A stretch of DNA of 64,000 bases from the human T2T-CHM13v2.0 reference genome, Homo sapiens. How positions within the stretch are numbered: position 1 is the stretch's first letter; the number at the start of each line of letters is the position of its first letter. The notes beneath the pieces were generated by a model that saw only the letters and a list, made by a program, of their open reading frames with translations, searched no databases and had not been told where the DNA came from. A program made the position numbers and the translations under genes. The stretch lies in NCBI RefSeq assembly GCF_009914755.1, contig NC_060925.1, one strand, 5' to 3'. This document shows, one piece after another, positions 53,849 through 64,000 of this stretch.

Positions 53849-55718
53849 CATGTATCCACCTCTTCCAATTTGAACAATAATGGCCATTTGTGAAGAATCT
53901 CCCACATGTGTTCCATTTTTACAAGTGTCCTATTTTAAACAAGAAAGCTAAGCTCAGCTATATATTTATATAGAATCTCTGTTCAAGGCACAGGCATATT
54001 TTTAATCAAATGGCTCGATCTGGCAATTGAAGTCCAAACATTATTTTTGTTTGATCTGCCCTTCTTTTGGATTTAATCAGCCATGTTTAAACAGACATTG
54101 GTAGAGTATAAGATTTTCAGACATTTGTTTAAGTCAGCTGATTTTAAAAGCAAGTGATTGAGCTCTCAGCACGTGTTAAGTTGGCAAGTTAGTCTTCCAG
54201 AGAAAGACATTTTCTTGTCTGTATTTTTCTGTTTGCTCTGTTGCCTGTAATGGTTACCTTAAATCACAGCTATGTTACTCACTGGGTGGAGAGCCCTGGA
54301 CAAACATTTTCTCTCTCAACGGTTTGCTTCCCATCAGAAACCTATGGGTAATCATTTCCACCCACTTCAGGAACTGTTGTACTGTGAAGGAGTATAGGGA
54401 AGTAGAACAACATTGTGCATACAATAGATTGTTCTACACAACCACAATTGAAACAGCAAAAGTTTCCAAAACACAACAAGCAGAACTGGGACATGTGCCA
54501 CTAGACAAGGTGAATAGAATCTGTGCCCTCTTGAAGGGTCCTGAAGTGGTCGTCTTTAGTCTGGAAATGGGATTTCTTTGTCAGGCTGTTCATTAACGTC
54601 TCCACCAAACAAATGCCTCCCCCATTTATCCCCCATCCCAGGCCTTCTCCCCTAAGGAGAACTCTTCATTTCCTGCCTTCTCTTGTGCCTTTACCTTGTC
54701 ACTGGCAAGCGCTTCTTCCTTTAAGCCCAAAGACAGAGGGATGCTGTTGTATTCACATAAACAAGGAAAACAGGGGCTTCCCTAGAGACTTTTCCATTTG
54801 TAGTGCATGTGTCATCGAGGTCCCTGGGGAATTGTTACCCATTACCAGGAACAAGTTAAATCTCTAGAAAGTGAGAGCAAAGTAAGAGGAAACCATGTAC
54901 TACTTGCTTTTCTTTCCTCGATTCTCTTACTCTCAGGAACCAGAAAATATCAATACAAAACTTAATTATAAAATTGAATACAGCTCAGTTGAGAAACCGT
55001 GGTCCCAAGAGAAAAGCAGCAGAGCTGTAGAAGGGAGAAAAAAGAAAGAAGGAAAAAAGGCTTCTCTATGAAATTCCCTATTTTAGAAACTTGAATTCAT
55101 TTGCATGAGAATTACCTTGCCTTATGTAGCAGATTTATCTTGAAAAGTTGTGAATAATGAAATGCTTAGAAAACTGACTTGTATTTCACTGACAACCATT
55201 GAAATTGAAGCACTGCAGGTTCATCGTTTCTGTCTTCATTTGCAGTAGTTCCTGACACTTTGCATTTGTGCACCATAGTATTTAAAGTGAATCTCAATAA
55301 AATCAAGATTCCTTTTATAGTGAGATTACTCATCACTTCTGCCTTCCAACCTCCCAACATTTTCCACCCCCAGAGATAGTTGTGCAAAGTGAGATGAGGG
55401 AACCTGGGACAAATTACTTAGGAACTGTGTGCCTCCAAGTCCCCCATGCATAGGAGAATAATAGTGCCTACCTGTAGATTAGGTCCTCCTGCATATCTTC
55501 CCACAGCATGCCATAATTCCCTTTTCATCATATCCATCACTTTTGCGATGAGCACATTAGCATCTAAATTCGCTATGATCTATAAACTTGAGAAAAGGGG
55601 CTGTGTCTCTCTCTTTCATCACTGTTTCTCTTACAACTACCACAATGACTGCCAAGTAGTACTTAGTAATTAAGTGTACCTATTATTTGTATTATTGTCT
55701 AGCCCAGAGATGATAAAT

Positions 55719-55953
55719 ATAATTGATTCTCATTATTCATGTTGTTGTGTTCTGCAAAGTTACTGCAGGCAATGAATTAGCAAATACTGACCCATTGATC
55801 CTAGAAGAAATACAAGGTTAAGTTCCTGTGAGCATCTGGTCATAACATTTTTGTCAACCAGTGAATACATAAGCTTGTTTTATGTGTGTTTCTCTTTAAA
55901 AGACACCTTATTTAATGTGTAGTATTGATTCATTAACACTGAACTTAGGGCCA
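55719..55953. mobile_element. TcMar-Tigger relic (MER82-like), one end only
   Basis: GATTCTCATTATTC...GAATTAGCAAATACTGACCCATTG...GAAATACAAGGTTAAGTTCCTGTGAGCATCTGGTC. Confidence 0.75.
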
Positions 55954-55959
55954 CTCCTT

Positions 55960-56350
55960 ATTTCTCAAATAATGTCCTTCACCCTTCTACTACAGGCCTC
56001 AGTATAAATTTGGGCTTTTGCATGAAATGTTTCCTTCTCCCTTACTAATCTTCCCATCATTTATTTATTAAACTCCTCTGTTTCCTTCAAGGCCCATACA
56101 ACTCTCATATTTTCTTAGATGACTCCCCAGATTCACAGAGACAGAAATAATTCTTTCTCTCATAAAATATGGTTTTTAGCAGTCATCACAGAGTAGTATC
56201 AAATTTATTTGGATGTGTAATTCATTCCAGTCAGCTTATAAAATCTTGAAGACAGAAACGAGGTATTTTTCACCTCTGAATATGCAATAGCTTCAGCATG
56301 GGTCTTTACATATATGTGATCCACAGTTGCTTTTAAAAAGTGAATTCAAT
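55960..56350 (+). mobile_element. L2 3' fragment
   Basis: TCCTTCAAGGCCC...; TAAAATCTTGAAGACAG...TTCACCTCTGAAT; tail. Confidence 0.55.
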
Positions 56351-57459
56351 TGATTTTCTCTTAGTCACTTCAGGGCAGAAAGTAGGCAATGTAAAGCAGA
56401 GATCTTCAAAATTGCACCCCACTTGACTATTCAACCAGCTTATCGCCTCTCAACAGAGCCAAGAATTCCAGGAAGCCTGGCCCTCTGACTTTGCCCCACC
56501 TCTGCCTAGAGGTCTCCCCACTCTCAGGACAGGAATAGAATTGTTGATATGTTCTGTAAACCAAGACCTGCCCTTGTAATATATAAAATCAAATATGAAG
56601 CCCTTTCCTTATTGAAAGGAAATTCCTGCCAAACTAGATCTCCCAGCTGCACATAATCCTTTCACTTTCAAGAGAATAAGCTCAGAGAATCAATGTTGGC
56701 CATTCGAAGCCTCTTTCCTCAAGCTTTCACTTGATGGGTGACAGCATGGCACCCCTGAGGCTTTTTGGTTAAGGATCTCAGCCTTCTGACCATAGTGCTC
56801 CTGCCCTCCAGGATGCACCTGCCTGCAGGATAGAAGAGAACTTTCCCTGGAAGGCTTGAGCCAGAGTCCCTCTGGGGAGCTAATATGACCATGATGGAAC
56901 AGCAACAAAATGCCTCTTGATCGAAGCCATATTGCTTTGACCTATTGTAGGTATTTGAAATATTTGTATTCCTGGTCTGTTTTTTCTTCACTTGGCAAGA
57001 TGATGAGGAAGTGGAGTAAGTGGAGGAAATGGTGAAGGTGAATATGAACCAGATTAGAGGGAGATTATTCAAAGTGGTTGAATATATCACACAGAGATGC
57101 CTCTAGGTTAGTAAGAAATTATCTTCAAACACTTCATGTAAACACATGTAAGTGATGAGACTCTCAGATAAAGCAATCAAACCCTCCTATGTAGCTTGTG
57201 GAATTAGTCTTACTGCTTTCTACGTAGGTTGCCCAAGCAACAGTGCAGAGAAAGATGTCAGCCTATAATTATGTGGTACTGGGAAGGACAGATATCCTCT
57301 CTTCAGAGCAAAAGAAATCTAAATAATTCTTTCAAAATTCCTTAGCCCATTGCCTGACAAGCTCTACTTTTCCTAGACCCACTCATTCATCAGTGCTTGT
57401 GAATGGAAAAGTAAATTTTATTTCAAGGGACTGAATTCCAAGGAACTACATTCCCAGAA

Positions 57460-57640
57460 CCATCAGAATTCAGAGCTAAAAGGGACTTGAGTCAAAATGT
57501 AGTCTAGTTTAAAAATTAAATCTTTGTAAATGTCGAAGTTGAGTCTCAGAAAAGACAAGTGTGAGTTACCCAAAGGCACAGAGGCAAGGTTATTAGATAT
57601 CCCAACATCCAAACCTGATGTTCTCCATGACGCCACTGCT
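57460..57640 (-). mobile_element. MIR3-like fragment
   Basis: CAGAGCTAAAAGGGACTTGAG...TAGTCTAG...GAGTCTCAGAAAAG...TTACCCAAAGGCACAGAG. Confidence 0.6.
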
Positions 57641-57649
57641 GCACCAGGC

Positions 57650-58145
57650 TTGCGTGCTGGGTGTGCTGTTGGCTCAGCACTAGTCTTTCCATGCTCCCTG
57701 CTTCCCACCTTATGCTGCCTCTGTGTTCCAGAGGCTGGAAGCCTGAAATCCATATTTCTCAGAATCCCAGCCCGAGTTATGTTTCAACAATGTGAAGCAA
57801 CGCAAGAACTGGAGAACAGAGAAAAAATAGAAACTATTAAGTTTTCTGCAGCAGCAATAGGCAGTTGTATGCATTGTGTGGACTTGCATAACTGTAGATG
57901 TGACACTGTCCAGAAGCTTCCAGGTATCCTTCTGCCACCAATCATACCCCTTGGTGTTGTAGCAGCTAAGAAGGTTAGTGAAGGCTTCCTAAAGTTCTTT
58001 AAACTTTCTGATTTCCAGAATGTCAGTGGTAGTATTCTTTGACCTTTGCTCCCTCAGCTCCAGTCTATAACTCCTTACATTACATCTCTTCCTGCTTAAA
58101 ATATCCAGAATGGTTTCTCAGTCCTGACACTACCCCAACTGATAC
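57650..58145 (+). mobile_element. ERVL solo LTR (LTR33-like)
   Basis: TCTGTGTTCCAGAGGCTGGAAGCCTGAAATCCATATTTCTCAGA...CTGCTTAAAATATCCAGAATGGTTTCT...CTGATAC. Confidence 0.75.
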
Positions 58146-58276
58146 CACTTCTTCCCACAGAATTGTTTTATATTATAAATTTTACATGTGGCTTTCAAAG
58201 GTAACAAGCAGAGTGCAAAAAATGTCTCAAGTAATGGTGAATAGATGGCGACAGCTTGTTGTAGAGATGGTAACAC

Positions 58277-58730
58277 TAGAGTTGTTAAATATTTGTGTGC
58301 CATGGACCCCTTTGGCAGTCTGGAAAACCTACAGACCCTCTTCTCAAAATAACATTTTTAAATGCATAAAATAAAATATAATTTATTACGAAGAATAGCA
58401 ATTATATTTAAATATAGCTTTCAAAATACTATAAATCAAATTTCCATAGGAATATATATATATATTCTTTATTAACTCAAGAAACAAGATTGGACTGTGC
58501 AGCATATCTAATGACTAATATCAATGGAGTGCGAAGCAAGCACAACATTTTGATATACCTCTTCAGCAACTGTAATAAGTTCCAGTGGTGACAAAGTCAT
58601 CATTAGACTTTTGATTTGTTGCCTACATTCATAAGTGAAAGAAATTATAAATCTGAGTTAGAAGTTAGCAAAAATAATGGTGTAGGTTTTTTTCCATCCA
58701 AGTTTGTGAACCCAAGGTTAAGAACTCTTT
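58277..58730. mobile_element. Charlie4a-like hAT relic
   Basis: TGTGCCATGGACCCCTTTGGCAGTCTGG...TTTAAATGCATAAAATAAAATA...GGTTAAGAACTCT. Confidence 0.82.
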
Positions 58731-59849
58731 ATCTAGATGTGTGGGAAATCCATTCTTATTCTCTAATGTACTTGAAAGAAATCTGGAGGCTGGGGTAGGC
58801 TTCAGAACCTCAGATACCAAAGTAGGGACATGCTTGCAATTCATAGGCTATAATGTGTATATGAAATATTCTTGGGGGAAAAAGACTACTCAGATACAGC
58901 AAATGCAATTTCTACAATTTGTCCAAAGTAGGGGCAGGTTGAGTAATATTGAGCAAAAAGCTACTTTTCAATGCCAATGTTGTTTGAGGTAAGTTAGACT
59001 TGAAAGAGATGGCACCTCTTTATTGAAAGGCTGGAGAAGCGTGCCTCTTAATGCATCTCCCCCTCCCAAAGAGGGAAGAAATGAACTCCCATCTTCATTG
59101 TCTAGAGGACTCATTGTTAAGATCTTTAAAACATGTTGGAGGAAGAAGGGAAACATTATAAAATTATTCCTTATGCTTATTTTTGAAAGGGATTACCATG
59201 TTCGATATAAACATTAAACCTGACCTTCTCTCAACCCTAGAAAAGTGTGACTACTGTGGGAACCCCTAAAAGTAATGGAGAAAAACTTCAATTTCTCTCA
59301 TGTGGTCTGAACAATACACTAGAAATTTGAGTTCCTTTGAACAACAGAAAATTGCTTGAATATTTAAGCATGCATTTGTTCTTGGGAAACAAAATGTTCA
59401 GCTCTAGTGGTTTCCACAGCAACTGCCTGGGCTAAAAATACAAAATTTGCCATAAGAAGAAAAAGTATGTACCAAGCAGGAACGGGAAGAGAAAATGGGA
59501 AATCTCCCAAAGGAAGATCATTGGCAGGAATCAGCCTGCAAAGACAAGGAAGGAGATGTGTCTCGTGGAAAGCCTTTTCCTGTGGGACAATGTGCGCTGG
59601 TAGAAACCTACAACCTCCCCACCCCAGTGCATTTCTTCTCCTCTCTCCCACTTCCCTACACTTCCTCCTTCTCACACTCCTGGAAAAAAATTACATCCAC
59701 GCTGAGTACATCCCTCTGAGGATCATTCTGGTCAACAGTACAGATACACCTGGGGCGGGGTGGAGTCCCTGCCACAGCATCATCAATCTCTCTCTTATTG
59801 CTTCTGCCACTGGTTGGGCCTGGCTGTCAGTTTCTCCTCCTAATAGGTA

Positions 59850-60230
59850 ACTGTGGTTTACCCTCCTGCCCTAGGCAATATGGCTTCTTCACTGTCTCAC
59901 ACACATACCCTGGTTGTTCCTGCCTCTAAGCTTTGGCTCATGTTTTCCCTTGGAAATATGTGCCTTCACCCTTCAGTATATTTAGTTCCTTATCTATGTC
60001 TGACTAGCTGTAAAGGATGCCTTCTTCCTGCAGCTTCCTGCAGTCTTGCCCTCACTGGTCTCTTTTCTCTTAAATGAATTTCAAACAGAGCTGGTACTAT
60101 AGATTTTTGTGTGTGTGAATTTATTTAGTCTAGATTTCAGGCTCCTGGGAGCAAGGATCTTGCAATAAACTACAACTCTATTCCCTATGGTGCCCAGCAC
60201 AGTGCCCAAAGCACACTTGTTGACAAAATC
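59850..60230 (+). mobile_element. L2 3' fragment
   Basis: CAGGCTCCTGGGAGCAAGGATC...TGCCCAGCACAGTGCC. Confidence 0.55.
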
Positions 60231-60479
60231 TGCTCCACCACTGTAAGAGAAGAATGGCAGGGCTGAATTAGGGGGAGCATCAAGATGCACCTACGATCAC
60301 AATTTCTTGATTAAATTGTGCATGTCTCCCTCTGCACTGTAACTCTGAGTCAATGACAAAAGCCCTTCAAGCCTACACAAATGTTATTGCCACCCTTCTG
60401 CTTTTGTGTAAGGTGTGACATAGGAAGAAAACTGATTTAATAATAACATTATATTCCAGTACACTGGAGACTTCTACAC

Positions 60480-60720
60480 TGTAGTAGAAATATTAAAGAT
60501 TTGGAACCAGAAGAGCAAGTTTTATTTTCCAGTCCCACCCTGTCTTCCCGTGGACAATAAGTAATGGACATGAACAAATGCCTGGATAACTATTTCCTCC
60601 CTTGTACAAAAGGGTTATATTGCTATCCTCTTCATATGGTTACTCTGAGGATCAAATTACATGAGAGGTGATATGTTAAAGAGCTTTGAAAAATACAGCC
60701 TTTTGTGCAAATTGTCGGTA
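60480..60720 (+). mobile_element. MIR
   Basis: GTAGTAGAAA...TTGGAACCAGAAGAG...TGAGGATCAAATTACATGAG...AAAGAGCTTTG. Confidence 0.6.
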
Positions 60721-62009
60721 TCACAGTGAGTTAACTCTCTCCAACAAATGAAAACCATAATGTACTCCCCTGAATCTCCTAAACCTATTTTTATTCTTAT
60801 GTCCCTTAGGTTCAGTCTAAATTTCCAAATTCTCTTAACCCTTGTTAAATTATCAGGGCTAATTTGCATGGTTAATTTTGTCACAGGCATTGTTCTAGGC
60901 AGCCATGGGTGATTTCTTTGCAACTCAACTTTTGCCCCTCAAAAAAGAGTGTAATATGTAATACAATCATGTTTTATATTTTCATAGCAACTCCCAGTAT
61001 ATAAAACACATTCACATTCACACCCAGTGAGGTAGAAACTCTCACTTGTACCATCCATTTCCTGCCTTTTTGGTTGAGGGGAGTAATACTCTAAGGAGGC
61101 TGGAGCTGGAAGGAATTGAATATACAAGGAGTGCCCTATGAAGACAGGGACTGTCATCCAGCCACCACTCCCACTTTCATCCCTTTCCCCCTCTTTGCAA
61201 CTGAAGTCAAGGAATGTGTTTCCAGGATGCAGGATGAAGCTGCCTCCAAAAGGCTGCCCAAGAGCAAAGAGCCCCTGCTGTATCACAGATGCACATCATG
61301 CATATCATGTACATGTTCTCCAGTGACGAGAATTCCCACTCACTATGGACAAAACCTGAGAGATGGCCCACAATACAAAATACTGCGCTGGGAAGAAGGA
61401 AGTGCTGCCTTGAGATTCAGTAGCTTCTTGGGGCTACTTGGCACTCCTGTTGCAAATCAGGCTCCTTGGGAAGACTCTTAACTTTTTCGGGCCACAGTGA
61501 ACTTACATAGAGAGGCTTTTGTCCATATTATCCTTTCAGCCAAGGAAGACCACTATGCTTAGCACACTTGGCTCTTTCTTGTACCTGTAGAATATGCGTA
61601 AGTATGTTTAATCAGCAGTGTCAAATAATTCATGTAAAACTTCCTACACAAGTGGCCTAAAATAGTGTAGGTTCTGTCTCCAAGAGTCTAATTTACACCT
61701 AGACCTTGAGGAGAATTTGAATTATATTTCTTAATTTTCTGTTATCTAACCCATTCTAATCTCAGAGTGCCCCCGCGATATTGAATGGCTCAGAAATAAG
61801 TCAGCTGAATTCAGGCATAGTAAAAAAATTTTTTTTTATTTGATAAGCATTTATTGAGGGCTTCCATATTCCAGAAACAGCTTTGTATTAGTGATAACAC
61901 AGTATTCAGTGTGCAAATCTAGGGAATGGTTGGTGAGGGTAGTGAGGGCTGTGAAGAGGGTGCTACCGTCAGAAATCAGCATTTAAGGGGGGTCAATCAG
62001 TGCACAATT

Positions 62010-62240
62010 TTGTGGGTAAACCTTTGTGTTCTGGCTTGGGTTTGAAACTTAGCTTTGCTATTTTCTAGCCATATAATCTTGAGCAAATTGTATAACCTTT
62101 CTGAACCTCAATTTCCTCATTTGTAAAATGGGAATAATTATAGTACCTCTCTCATAGGGTTGCTGTAGAAGGTAAAGGATGTAACAAGTGTCAAGCAGTT
62201 AGCTTAGTGTCTGGTTCCCAGAAAGAACTTATTAAATGAG
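62010..62240 (+). mobile_element. MIR (MIRb-like)
   Basis: CTTGAGCAAATTGTATAACCTTTCTGAACCTCAATTTCCTCATTTGTAAAATGGGAATAAT. Confidence 0.88.
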
Positions 62241-62284
62241 GAAAAATAGATATTCATTGGGGCCTACTTATTTTGATTTTATCT

Positions 62285-62890
62285 AACTTATTTATAAACA
62301 TTTATTTGCAATGTGACAGGCATTGGATTAAGCACCAGGCATTAATTTATGAATAATTTAATGAGTAGCTAATTATGAATAATTCTGAGTAGCTTGGTAT
62401 TTAGTGTAGTCAGTGGGGAGATTGTTACCTAAAAAGGCAACTGAAGTATAGAGCAGGAAGAGTTAAAATGGAGGTCTGTGCAGGTGTTATATGTGCAGTC
62501 CAGTCTGAGGCCACAGAGAAGTTTCCTGGAGAAGCTGATGTCTAAAATAAATTTTGAAGGAGCTAAGGAGCTATCTGAATGAAGATATGTGTGTGGTTAG
62601 GAATAGGGAGGAATATTCCAGACAGAGTACGGCAAAAGCAAAGATGTAGAGGTACGAAAGATGCACTTCATTTTTGGTTACAGGGAAGCCTAGATTCAGG
62701 AAATAAGGGTGAAAATGTAGGTGAAGTTAGGTCATGAAGCCTTTATAGACTTGCACAAGGAGCCTGGGATTTATCTTATATACATATGAAAAATTTTAAA
62801 GTTAATAACATGTTAGATTTTCAATCTACAGGATGGACTCAAAGGGACAAGGTGACAAGACTGAAAGCACACTTTCAGGAACCACTGCAG
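62285..62890 (-). mobile_element. L2 fragment
   Basis: AAACATTTATTTGC; AGAGAAGTTTCCTGGAGAAGCTGATGTCT; GAATATTCCAGACAGAG; GGATTTATCTTA. Confidence 0.75.
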
Positions 62891-62929
62891 GATAAATATA
62901 CACACACACACAAACACACACACACACAC

Positions 62930-64000
62930 ATGCATCGTATTAAAACTAATGAAAACCAGAGATTAGAGAAAATATTAAAAGCCAGAGAATAAAAATATAA
63001 TCCATTTTAAGAAGCAATAATAAAACTGAGAGCTAACTTCTCAACAAAAGCAATGGATGCCATATTGAAAACATTGAAAGAAAATAACTGCTGATCCATA
63101 ATTCTATGCCAGTAAATACATCATCCCAAAATGAAAATGAAATGAAGACATTTTGGTTTTTCTCCTCCTCCAACCTCCAGGTTACCCTAAATTATACTAA
63201 ATGTACACAAGTTAATATTTCAATTAAAACTGAAAATTATCACACTGGATGAATAAAATAAACATGATTCTATGTTCTTTATAAGAGCTACAACTTAAAT
63301 AAAGACACAAAATGATTGAAAGTAAAAGCATGAAAAATAATATGTTTTGTAAACACTAACCAAAAGAAAGCACCTGAAACTGTAACAATATCAGATAAAG
63401 TAGACTTGAAACCTAAAAGAATACTGGAGTTTAAAAAAGAATATTTTGAAGTGCCAAATGGTCAACCCATCAGGAAGATATAATAATTATAAAATTATAT
63501 GCACCACTAATATAAGTTTAAAATGTATGAAGAAAAAACTGACAAAAGTAAAAGGAGAAATAGACAAAGATACAATCATAGAGGAGTACTTAACAATGTT
63601 ATCTCAGAAATGAATGGAATAAACAGACAAAAATATCAGTAAGTATAGAGAAGATTTAAAAAACATGATTAAAAACTTGGAGATATAGATATATGGATTC
63701 ATAGAGATAATAGCTCTATATAGAGGTATCTATAAATATATAGAGATATAGATATATGAACAATATCAGAATACATATTTTTATAAGCATACATAGAACC
63801 TTAGCCAAAATTGACCATATGTTGGTTCATAAAATGCATTTTTTAAAAAGTCAAAGGACTGTAATAATTCAGGGTATACTTCTCAGGTCATAGTGAAATT
63901 AAGCTAGAAAAAAATAGCAGAAAGATAATTAGAAGTTTCTCAAATGTATATAGGAATTAAGAAATATTATTCAAAATAACCCTTAGTTCAAAAAAGACAT
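62930..64000 (+). mobile_element. Ancient L1M (ORF1 3' part into the ORF2 endonuclease), continues past the window end
   Basis: GCTAACTTCTCAACAAAAGCAATGG (ORF1); GATTGAAAGTAAAAG...AAACACTAACCAAAAGAAAGC...ATATCAGATAAAGTAGACTT and AAAATTGACCATAT (EN). Confidence 0.88.

Noticed and set aside
54488-54512. p53-like half sites GGACATGTGC and AGACAAGGTG
   Set aside because: Three mismatches plus a spacer; too weak to call
57530-58042. 170-aa ORF
   Set aside because: Spans a MIR3 and an LTR33-like LTR; no recognisable domain
59407-59850. 147-aa ORF
   Set aside because: Non-ATG start, no recognisable homology, no supporting splice or promoter structure; the length is compatible with chance

Overview
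Non-coding great-ape genomic DNA, most likely human. It is AT-rich and CpG-depleted, and roughly half of it is interspersed repeats. I recognise no protein-coding gene, RNA gene or processed pseudogene; most of the longer ORFs in the track come from Alu, L1, SVA, LTR or microsatellite sequence. Content: 11 Alus; one full-length SVA (B/C-like) with its target-site duplication (TSD); two 5'-truncated L1PA elements; several nested L1M fossils; a near-complete HAL1; MaLR/ERVL solo LTRs (THE1, MSTA, MLT1, LTR33); DNA-transposon relics (Tigger1, MER82, MER53, MER112, MER119, Charlie4a); and many L2/MIR fragments. Subfamily names come from remembered consensus motifs, and boundaries of ancient repeats are approximate. 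I found no convincing new biological system. Best leads: (i) a frame-compatible two-exon ORF in unique DNA at 54.4-55.1 kb; (ii) candidate minus-strand non-coding exons at 0.24-0.5, 21.2-21.5 and 39.1-39.25 kb; (iii) an NF-Y/AP-1/KLF motif cluster at 5.35-5.55 kb; (iv) junction scars, namely a fold-back plus duplication at a nested L1 5' end and a deletion at a THE1C/Alu junction.
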